NCBI RefSeq assembly: GCF_001194135.2
Contig: NC_068982.1
Location: 111,749,475 to 111,803,901 of the forward strand
From: Octopus bimaculoides
Lineage: Eukaryota
Direction of reading: 5' to 3'
DNA length: 54,427 nt
Within the stretch, counting starts at the first letter, position 1. The number at the start of each line of letters is the position of its first letter. Shown here piece by piece: positions 27,707 to 38,680 of this stretch. Made by a program: the position numbers and the translations under genes. The notes beneath the pieces were generated by a model that saw only the letters and a program-made list of their open reading frames with translations, had not been told where the DNA came from and did not search any database.

Positions 27707-29574
27707 CATTATTATTATTATTGTTATTAGAAGTAGTAATGGTGATGGTGACAGAAGTAGTTGGAGGAGGAGGAGAAGAGAGGTGCAGCAGCAAGTGTAT
27801 GTGAATGTGTGGAGAGTATGGATCAATTGCGAAATACTAGCTGTTAGCAGTGTAGCTATACACTGTTGTTGTTTAACCCAGGTCAACTCTGAATGAGTAG
27901 ACCTGTAATCAAGTATTTTCTAGCATTGAACAGCCATCATTTCATATATATCATAGACTATATTGTCTAATGTATTCTTTGTTTCAACATGGGGGAAGTG
28001 ATTTGAAGAAGATTTGGTTATTAACAGTGGTGGTGGCCATTGTGTTGCTGTTACTGTTGCTTGGGTGATGCTATTGTTGTTAGTGATAATGTTATTGTTG
28101 TTGTTTGTTAATATTGGTGATGTTATCATTAATGTTTGGTAATAGTGTGTTTATATAGTTTAATGTTACTCTTATTAATGAGGCAATGGAGTTTTGTTAT
28201 TTTTGCTGTATCCTTTTAGATTGTTAGTGCTATTAATGTTGTTGTTACCATTGGTATTACTGGTAAAATTACTGGGTATAAATGTAAAAAATATAAAAAT
28301 TAGTGATGTACATGACAATGGGATATGCATTAATCCAGTCATATTATCAGATTCTTTATGCCCTACTTGAGCTGATAGTTAATTTGATCATGGGACCAGA
28401 CTGTCCAGGATCTATTTGACCTATAGGACCCCTAAGACTAATTTAAGTCCACACTTATCTCTTGTTTCTCTGTTGTTAAATGTACATGAGACAAATTTCA
28501 CCTCTCCCTTAATAACACTGATTTACTAGAAGTAAAATTGTCATTACTTTTGACTAGGTGAACTTAGGCATTAATATATCCTCCCCCTCCACTCACACTC
28601 ACAAGAAAAACCAGCAGTAGAACTGAACTTACTGATCTTATGTAAATAATCTAATAGAGGCCATTCACCTCTATTTTGTTTACTACAGTTGAAACTAATT
28701 TCGTTGGGCTGGAAATATTATCTCATATTTGTTTGTATCCTACTACAATAAACTATAATAATAATAACTATTATTACTACCATCATCATGATCTAACAGT
28801 TTCATGTGAGTTTCTACTTCATCACTATATTTCTAATACATTTACTGTATTAATAAGCATAGAATTTTGTTTGTAGAATACATCTTGTTTACTTTAGTCT
28901 GAGTTTTTGTTTTATTGCTTCTGGTGTTTCTTTAAAGTTTACTCTAATACTTGTGTAGAATACATGTACTATCTAAGTTCATCATCATCATCGTCATCAG
29001 CAAACTGTCACTGAACTTGTTAGAAATAACTATTGTTTGGTTACGTTCTTGATATACTAATTGTTATTACTAGAATTGCAAATATTTGTAATTCTGTTAA
29101 TAACTATGTGTGTGTGTGTGTGTGTGTATGGTGTCTGTAGCTATTTGTATTCCTTTGGTCACATATATAATTTTATTCTTTTATCAAATACACTTGTGTG
29201 TGTGTGTGTGTGTGTGTGTGTCTTTTTTCTTGAAGATATGGAAAGAAACTAATTTTTGTCATGTTTCAAATGCTTGTAAATGTTTATTGATCGAGACATT
29301 AATATGATTTAATATTGCTAATGGTAACAGTTTAACATTCCAAGATAGGAATTCATGTGGCAGTAGTTGTAACAATAATGGGATTACTTTGACTATATAC
29401 CATTTTGTTATCATAATGGCATGTGAATTTGGAAGGATGATAATATTAGGGTCACTAATAAACAAGAAATATTGCATTTTGTGTTGTAACTATATACACC
29501 ATTATTTTCAACATCAACCACACCATCATCATTTTATTATCAAGCTAGTACATGATAATTTAATTAGCCAGAGT

Positions 29575-29760
29575 GTTATTGTGAGTTTTAGTGGCAACAA
29601 GTCTCCTCAAATCTTAAGAATCTTTCTTAGGATTCTTGCAGAATATAGGATGGCACTTTTCTGCAGGTCAACAATGCAAATCTCAATTTCAACATCTTTC
29701 AGTCTTATAGGTAGCGTTTTTTGGTGTTGTACCAAATACACCAGTCACCATGGGAATATT
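29575..29760 (-). mobile_element. 5'-truncated 3' end of an R4/Dong-type LINE
   Basis: TLPIRLKDVEIEICIVDLQKSAILYSARILRKILKI* (stop 29609-29607), a typical C-terminus of this clade; (TAA)n upstream. Confidence 0.7.
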
Positions 29761-29779
29761 ATTATTGTTGTTGTTGTTA

Positions 29780-29837
<58 letters not shown>

Positions 29838-30508
29838 TATTATTATTATTAATGTGTCTACCCTGTTACAAGATATTTTCTGAATCAGTGATTCTTTCTA
29901 AATCCGTCCAAGAGTGTGTAACTCTGCATCTATGTATATAGTGGCAGTGTCAACAAATATGATGGGTTGGAATCTCAGACCTCACACACTCTTTGGTAAC
30001 TTTACACTTACTTACCAAAGCNNNNNNNNNNATATATACTTATCAATCAATGCTTATCATCATCATTATTACTGCCAATATTATTACCCTCACCAATTCC
30101 ACACACCCAAACTAATACTGTCATCTTCATCATCAAGCATTATTATCGTCATCAAAAAGAAACTCTATGTTACATGCAAAATACATGAGAGATCATTCTA
30201 AAATCTATATATATGTCTATGTTATATCACAAATGTTTCTTGTGGTTTGGACAAATCAGAGAATATATTACTTAGGTTGTTTCATTTTATAGGTATTTTC
30301 TCTTATCACAGTCTTTTGGGATTTTGCTTAAAAAAATCTTTGGTCAATTTCTTCCACTTTGGTTACACTTGCTCACCTATTCGAATAATAACGCTTCAAA
30401 TATCTTTCTCTCTTCCAAACTAATCAATGATGAACCACTACAAACTTCAAATATGCCTCGTTATTAATTTCAAACCCTATGAAATTTCTTATGTTAATGA
30501 GCCGCACT

Positions 30509-30572
<64 letters not shown>

Positions 30573-30614
30573 CATTATTATTATTATCATTATTATTATT
30601 ATTATTATTATTAT

Positions 30615-30886
30615 TCCAACAAAAACTCGAATTTTGTGGGAACTTCTGGAGTTTTGCATGCTTAAGTGGGCTTCCTACCTGCAGCCTATGGTACCATACT
30701 ATCTGTTCAGTTCAACTATGTAATAATTTCTTGATTATTCTGGCTGTGCCATAGAGGCAAACACTTTGTAACAGTTCTACTGGGCACTCTATTCTGATTT
30801 CCTTTATATTCCTCTTGATGCCTTCTGATATTGTCCCCAAGGACCCACAGTCTAGCTACTTCGTATTTAAGGGGGCTGTATATGTC

Positions 30887-30890
<4 letters not shown>
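30615..30890 (-). mobile_element. 5'-truncated 3' end of an R4/Dong-type LINE embedded in (TAA)n
   Basis: LGTISEGIKRNIKEIRIECPVELLQSVCLYGTARIIKKLLHS* (stop about 30714-30712); (TAA)n arrays on both sides. Confidence 0.75.
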
Positions 30891-30932
<42 letters not shown>

Positions 30933-31304
30933 AGTATCTCCCATTCTATACTGTCTCAATATTATTCTAGTGTATATTACAAATTCAGTTTCAGAATATA
31001 TACCTCTACTTAGTGGCAAATTCACAGTAACATGTGCCATTATCCAGTCACTGTAAGATATACCTGATATCCTCCTGTTCCACGTACCATAGTAGTTTCT
31101 TCATCATTACTGTTGATATTTATTCTATAGCATGTATAATTCACATCATGTCCATATGATGCAATTAATTTTTTCATAGGTACTTTATTCCAAAGTTACT
31201 GTTGTACCATTTTTTTTTATAGTAGTGGCATTATGTATACCTACCTTATACCTTACTCAGTAACATATACATCTCATTTCACAGAAATATGTCTTTCATA
31301 CACG

Positions 31305-31346
<42 letters not shown>

Positions 31347-31379
31347 ATATGTATATGCATATATATATATATGTATGCA

Positions 31380-31415
<36 letters not shown>

Positions 31416-32503
31416 NNNNNNNNNNNNNNNNNNNNNNNNNNNNNNNNNNNNNNNNNNNNNNNNNNNNNNNNNNNNNNNNNNNNNNNNNNNNNNNNNNNNN
31501 NNNNNNNNNNNNNNNNNNNNNNNNNNNNNNNNNNNNNNNNNNNNNNNNNNNNNNNNNNNNNNNNNNNNNNNNNNNNNNNNNNNNNNNNNNNNNNNNNNNN
31601 NNNNNNNNNNNNNNNNNNNNNNNNNNNNNNNNNNNNNNNNNNNNNNNNNNNNNNNNNNNNNNNNNNNNNNNNNNNNNNNNNNNNNNNNNNNNNNNNNNNN
31701 NNNNNNNNNNNNNNNNNNNNNNNNNNNNNNNNNNNNNNNNNNNNNNNNNNNNNNNNNNNNNNNNNNNNNNNNNNNNNNNNNNNNNNNNNNNNNNNNNNNN
31801 NNNNNNNNNNNNNNNNNNNNNNNNNNNNNNNNNNNNNNNNNNNNNNNNNNNNNNNNNNNNNNNNNNNNNNNNNNNNNNNNNNNNNNNNNNNNNNNNNNNN
31901 NNNNNNNNNNNNNTATATACATATATGTATGTATGTATTAATGTAAATATATCACCATGAATGTGTGTTGTTTGTAAATGAATTTAATTAGTTGGAACAG
32001 GGAAGAATTATTTAACTTAATTAATAAGTATTAATTAGTATTAAAAGAGGTGGAGAAGTTTAAATTTACTTCCTAAAGAGATGTTTGAATTATGAAATAT
32101 AATAAACAATTAAAAAAGTTATAATTGAAAACATGAACTTAAAGGGTACATTCTAAATCTAAGTGTATATGTGTGTGTGTGTATGTGTGCATGTGTGTGT
32201 GTGTATATATATATGTGTATATACATGCATGTGTGTATGTGTATGTATATGCATATATGGGTGTGAGTGTGTTTATTTACATACATATATGTACATGAAT
32301 ATACACATTCACATGTAAACATACACACAAACACACATACACATGCATATATAAATAAGAATATAATTGTTCATAGATAAAATCAAAATGCTTGTTTTTG
32401 TTCGAATAATTTTATATACATATACATTATATACATATAACTATATATAACTCTGTATATATCCTTTATATTTATATATACATGCATAACTATTCATATA
32501 CAT

Positions 32504-32553
<50 letters not shown>

Positions 32554-34234
32554 GTATATACACACATACATATATATACATATATATATACATTTATACA
32601 TATATATATACATATATGTGTACATATATATATATATACTTACATATATATTCATATGTACATAAATATATGTACATATATTTGTATACATGCATACATA
32701 TATATATTCTTACTTATATTCATATATGTGTGTATATTTCATACATATACATGCACATTGTATGTATATCTGTAAGAATGTGTGTGTGTATGTGTGTGTG
32801 TGTGTGTATGTGTGTGTGTGTGTATGTGTGTGTGTGTGTGTGTGTGTGTATCTAAGTTTATTTACATGAACGTGATGTATGTGAATATAGATATAGAACT
32901 TTATCTGTTAAGATTACATCACGCTAGGTTTCAAGAAAAAGAAAATTCAATTTTGGTGCTCTATAAATTGTGCTTGGATATTAGTTAATATTAGTTAGCA
33001 TATTATAATGATAATTTTCAGTTATAATAATTAATTCTATAGCTAAGTATACGTAGGATTATTGCTGCTGGGTTTATTTTTATAATAATAATTATTATAT
33101 TTTTAATTTATTTAAATTATTATTACTGGATTGTAAAAGTGAGTATTGTACCATAATAGTAAGATTACAACCATATACAATCCCCATGATTCAGACGTAG
33201 AGAGCCTCAGAGAATGTAGATCTGTGAAGAACTCTTGTCATTGTTCAAATAAACAGCATGAGGAGAAGTAAATTTAGGGCAGAATCTTATTGCTAGTCAG
33301 ATTGGGGCTGCTGTGATATGCAGCAGGTGAGATGCTGCAATCACATGTATCACTAGTTATATTAAAAAAAAAAAGAAAAAAAGCCTTGAAGCTTTGGTAT
33401 ATTTTATGGTGCTCAGTTAAAAATGTATTCTTCTCATTTAAATGATACAGAATATTTGCTGTGTGTTTGTGTTTGATTACGTGAGTATGTGGTTATTGAC
33501 TATGTAATTATGTGAGTATGTGATTATGTGAATATGTGTGTGAGGGAGTATATCTCTTGTGTTTGTATGTATGTGAGCAGACTGAGCTGGAAGAATGGAC
33601 GGCCTAGAAATATATTCTCTTCTAAATTTCATAGTTTCATATTGTAAAAGATTTAATTTAATCAAATATTGTTCTAATTTTTTTCATGGAGTAAAATTAA
33701 TATATTTTTTTTTTTGTAGTGGATGGGGGAAAAGACTAAAAATAAAACAACAACAACAAAACAACAACCAATTGTAACTATAATTGGCTTCTTTCTGGTA
33801 CATTAAAAAACTTTTTTTTTTTTAAATGTAGGGGAAAATAGTAAATGAATGCATTAATGTTGTATGTTATTGAAATTCATAAAAACATACTGCCACTGCC
33901 ACAAACTTAAATATTCAATTGCCTAAGTCATTTATATTTATATACACACCCTTGCCTTTTCATATAAATATACACATACATTCATGCACATACACTCACA
34001 CACATATGCATATTTATATATTTATATATATACATATATATGTATGTATTTACAGTATTAGATACATGTGCATAATTATAGAACAATATATACAAATAGT
34101 TTATATACATAGATATATGTATGGCTAAATCTGAAGTAAATATATGTGCATTATCACATATATATGTAATATAAACATACACATAACTATCTACATGTAT
34201 ATCTATATATGTTGAAGTAATATGTATGTATGTG

Positions 34235-34294
<60 letters not shown>

Positions 34295-34923
34295 NNNNNN
34301 NNNNNNNNNNNNNNNNNNNNNNNNNNNNNNNNNNNNNNNNNNNNNNNNNNNNNNNNNNNNNNNNNNNNNNNNNNNNNNNNNNNNNNNNNNNNNNNNNNNN
34401 NNNNNNNNNNNNNNNNNNNNNNNNNNNNNNNNNNNNNNNNNNNNNNNNNNNNNNNNNNNNNNNNNNNNNNNNNNNNNNNNNNNNNNNNNNNNNNNNNNNN
34501 NNNNNNNNNNNNNNNNNNNNNNNNNNNNNNNNNNNNNNNNNNNNNNNNNNNNNNNNNNTATGTATATATATATATATATATATACATATATATGCGCAGA
34601 GGTCCACACCACATACATATATATGCATATATAATATATATGTGTATATATATATATATTTGTGTGTGTGTATATGGATCTATACGTGTGTGTGTGTGTA
34701 ATTGAATATATATATATATATATATATGCCTTTGTGTGTGTGTTTTTGTGTTTTTTGTATTTATATTTTTAATCGAAGTGAAATATATCTATGTACATGC
34801 AATGGCTACATGTTCATATCTACTGACATAGCGTTTAGTAACAGATGATCATTAATAATAGGAATTTGTTATTTATTATGCATATTTGCATGCATTTCTT
34901 TATAATGTATACATATACATGGG

Positions 34924-34970
<47 letters not shown>

Positions 34971-35862
34971 CACACGCGCAATATGTATATATGAATGTGT
35001 GTGCATTTGTATGAGTTTATTTGGGAGTGAGACAGTTGAAACCAAATCTTAAACTAAGACAAAGAAAAAACTAGTCTTAATTCAATTATGAAATTAACTT
35101 CAAAATTGTCATTAAGACATCCTGTAAGATTGCTAATAATGTTGTTGTTTGTTGTAGCAGCAGCAGCAATACTAGTAGTAGTAGCAGTAGTAATAGTAAG
35201 AATAGTTGTTGTATGTATGGTGCTGGTATGTAATAGTGGTAGTGGTAGTAATAGTAGTAGTAGTTTGCATTATTTATAATTTCCCTACATTGCCCCATTA
35301 TAGATTGAGTCAGAAACATGTAAGAAAACATGATCTTTCTGTTGTGACTTCTCTTCAACACTTATATGTTTGGTCTTGTACTATTTGTGCAATTGGTGTT
35401 CTTATAGTGTATTATGCTGACCGTCATTACAGATAGGAAGTTTCTCTTTAAGACCTAATGTTCTATCAATGTATGTGTATGTTCATGTTTGTTTATGTCT
35501 CAGTCACAGTGTTAATCTGATATTACTAACCGTATATAATGATTATTTTTCATATCTTTTACTGTTCATTTGATGCCTATTAACTTCCTTTCCATTTCAC
35601 TTGCCTATTGTATATTCTCTTTCTCTAGACCTTAACATTCTTGTCCTGAGTAACCAACCAAATATTTGGCAGAATTTTTACTTGATGATATTTTTATTAC
35701 AAGAATAATATTCTACGTTTATGGTTTAATCAATCCAGTGAAGCAAATCAACTCTAGATTTTTTTCCTAATCTGTTTTGTTATGTATGTATTAAGAGGAG
35801 AAAAATGTTTACGTAGCTTCAGTTGCCAGTATCTTTATGGAATGAAGACTCACCCAGCCTTA

Positions 35863-35974
35863 TTTATTTGAAATGGTTTCTTAATCCTATGACTAAAGTT
35901 AATAAACAAAAAATTAACTTTCATTCTATTAATCTGTTAGTTTAAAACACTTTGGATGTTTTTAAAAATTTATT
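35863..35974 (-). other. Candidate poly(A) signals of the innexin transcript
   Basis: AATAAA on the minus strand at 35974-35969 (overlapping the extension's TAA) and at 35868-35863. Confidence 0.35.
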
Positions 35975-36194
35975 TTGGTATAGTTTTTTTGGGCTGTCCG
36001 CAGCTAGTTGTGTTGCCTTGGCAATACCCCAGCCGAATTTCGTTTGACTCGCGACATATCTGTTGTTGTCGCTGTCCTTTGAGTGCCCTTCCTGATAAAA
36101 GGACACCGTGTTCGGCCTCCACGGGCCATAGCAGGCGTAACAAACGTGAGTGTTGTTTGAGTTGAAGAAATTTGATAAGGTGCCTGACGGCTAG
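35970..36194 (-). CDS. Candidate stop-codon readthrough extension of the innexin (74 aa after the TGA)
   Basis: TGA at 36197-36195 followed by CTAG; frame stays open: LAVRHLIKFLQLKQHSRLLRLLWPVEAEHGVLLSGRALKGQRQQQICRESNEIRLGYCQGNTTSCGQPKKTIPK*, TAA at 35972-35970. Confidence 0.4.
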   Translation of the reverse strand, partial: LAVRHLIKFLQLKQHSRLLRLLWPVEAEHGVLLSGRALKGQRQQQICRESNEIRLGYCQGNTTSCGQPKKTIPK

Positions 36195-37398
36195 TCAGAC
36201 GTTACTGTTGTCGTCGCTAATGGGGTTGGCGTGCCGAAAAAGTGGCTTGTTCCGGTAATGGTTCCACAGTTGAAGAACAAGCTCGGATACCAGCACGTCA
36301 TTGGCGTTTTTGCCTACAAGTCTCAAAACAAATATCCCATCATGCCTTAAGTATTGATCCGCGAATTTCACCGCCATTTTTTTATCCAGTTCTGTCTTGT
36401 AACATTCGTTCACTCTCAGGAACTTTTTCAGATATCTAATACGGTGTTGGCGGAATACCATTGCATAAAACCATATCAGAAAATTGCCGGCACTAAAGGT
36501 TGAAACAAACACTAACCAGAACCAAATGAAAATAAAAATCTTCTCATTGAATAGGTTGATGGGTAGCACACACTGTACAGTGTATTTATGAACATTTTGC
36601 ATCTGGCGAATTTCAAAGTCACACATCGTCACACGTGGGAATCTAGGAGACTCCGTCCAGTCATCTCCATTGGCTAAGTGACTCAGGACTTCAAATCCGT
36701 ACAGATTATAGTTTGTGCCTAAAAATTCATTCAAAATGAAAAGCTGGCCTACAGCATTTCCCATGTAAAAAATCTTGATAACCATGTAGATAATAAAGAG
36801 GTAATTTCCATAGCGTTTCCCCCACACAATGCAACAGTATTTCGATAGAGTCTGGCGCATTCGTATGAGGCAGCCCGATCGATATTCCCTGGCGTTTTCA
36901 AGCCAGCGGTCCATATATCGGACTATATGTTTGATAGTTCTCTCTCGATCTTCAGGAGCCACAAATTGGGTGTCGGCTGCTAACGTAACAATCTTATCCA
37001 GGTTTACGCCTCCGGAAGCACCAAGGATCCTCCACAATATACAAGGAACTTTAAATAACAAGGCTTGGAAGAGAAGGATCATGGGAACCCATTGATAATA
37101 TCCGATCTCCTTTTGCTGTTTTCCCTCCCGGTGCAAAGGTATTCGCTCCTCAAAAGGAACGTAGTACGTGTTTGATATCCAACACACGTTATTGGCATAA
37201 TCCCTGTGTCCGGAAGTAAACTGTGCAGGACACCAGCAGTGAATCGGTTCCCCAACATACTGCTTGGTGCTCACAACAATTGTGAAAATAATAAATATTA
37301 TTGTCGTGTAAAGGTGATTTAACCGGTCGATCCAGTCATCGTCGTAGCGCCCTTTCAAGCGAGCATAAGTTGCAAAACTTCCCAACACACTGTCCAGC
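36195..37398 (-). CDS. inx: Innexin (invertebrate gap-junction protein, unc-9/unc-7-like), main coding exon
   Basis: Open frame of about 400 codons with innexin hallmarks: DDDWIDRLNHLYT, QYVGEPIHCWCP, CWISNTY, YYQWVP, FPRVTMCDF, CVLPINLFNEKIF and four hydrophobic segments. The exon starts after a polypyrimidine tract plus AG (AG at 37400-37399) as G|CTG GAC AGT GTG = phase 2, x-L-D-S-V-L-G-S-F. The ORF-track start at 37388 is a GTG, not an ATG. Confidence 0.97.
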
Positions 37399-37963
37399 CT
37401 GAAAAAGAAAAAAAAAAAGATATTAAATTTCTATCTCTTACTGGATTTCCACATATATTACACAATTTAAAAGATATTGAATTACATTTCATTTTACATA
37501 ATAATTTTATCCAAAATATCACTATCTTTTAAAATAAAATTGATACATTAAAGATGTAGACTTATTTCTTCATTACAATTATTGTTCGTAAAAAATCACA
37601 TGCAAGCACATTTAAACAAAATACGTACATAATATCAGTTGAGAAATATATACATAAATATATTAATCAAAATATACAGTATTAGAGATCCATTACAGGC
37701 GATCAGTTTCGCACCAGATATTAAATAACTGAACAGGTATGTATCTAATACACGTCCTCTTCAGAGGCGGCAAGTATGGAAAAAATCCCACGACTCTTGT
37801 AGTATTTGATAACCGCTCGGTTATCCAATAACCCGTGCGAAATCGATTGGTAAGCTCGGCTGTAATGAATCTATAATACTATACACTTTGACTAATATAC
37901 CAACTCACTTGCCAAATATAAGAGTGCCAGAGTGCCTATATTGTCTGATTTATGGATTCTTAG

Positions 37964-38001
<38 letters not shown>

Positions 38002-38244
38002 CACGTGTCTATTAAACAGAATGTAATGGGTATGTATGATATTGAAATTATATTAGGATTAGCATTAAATTCCATTAAAATTTTAACAGAACAACAAATT
38101 CAGATGACGAAATTTTTTGAATATATAGAGATTGAAAGCAAATTTGGGAAGGCGAACTCAGCGAGTCTTTGCTCGTTTCTACCATAAAAATACATTCAGG
38201 TTCACTCTCACAATATCTACTCAGACTCAAGTACTCATACTCAC

Positions 38245-38279
38245 GATTTCCATATGTGTAAGTCTAAATATGCCAACAT
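38245..38279 (-). CDS. Candidate innexin first coding exon A (MLAYLDLHIWK-S)
   Basis: ATG at 38279, 35 nt (phase 2), donor ATC|GTGAGT; splicing to 37398 gives MLAYLDLHIWKSLDSVLGSF over an 846-nt intron. Confidence 0.45.
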
Positions 38280-38455
38280 TCATTCATGCACGAGTGGATC
38301 TGATGGTATGTATTCATGACATGTTAACAAATATTTAAAACAATAATTTGAATTATGCAATAGAAGTAGCTCTAGAGTCAAACTTTATCTATATGACATA
38401 TTTAATGTATTTGTGGCGTTGAAGAGTCAGAAGCTAGAGTATTCGTGCGAGAGAA

Positions 38456-38598
38456 AAATCTCTTTATAGGCATAGTTAATAAAGCAAAATATTCTTCAGA
38501 GTTAGTCGAAACGAAATCGTCGAAAAAAAAAAAATCTCTTTATAGACATTGTTAAGACAACAAAATATTCTTCAGAGCTAGTCAAAACGAAACCGTCC
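38456..38598. repeat. About 70-bp imperfect direct repeat
   Basis: aaaatctctttatagg...aaaatattcttcagagttagtcgaaacgaaatcgtc and aaaatctctttataga...aaaatattcttcagagctagtcaaaacgaaaccgtc. Confidence 0.9.
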
Positions 38599-38680
38599 AG
38601 GAAGTGATTGCAAGAACGACAGATGTGCACTTCGCCATTTTTAAGGTTTGTCAATATCACGTTGTCGCGTCACTGAAGGT
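38595..38680 (-). promoter_or_regulatory. Possible proximal innexin promoter
   Basis: CpG-rich patch with a YY1-like AAAATGGCG (minus, 38641-38633) and an ETS-like CAGGAAGTG (38598-38606), about 350 nt upstream of candidate exon A. Confidence 0.3.

Noticed and set aside
35500-36194. Selenocysteine reading of the innexin UGA
   Set aside because: No convincing SECIS (AUGA..AA..GA kink-turn) seen by eye and innexins are not known selenoproteins; SECISearch would settle it.
37386-37388. ORF-track start 'MLGSF' for the innexin
   Set aside because: The codon is GTG, 10 nt inside a canonical acceptor; the true start must be in an upstream exon.
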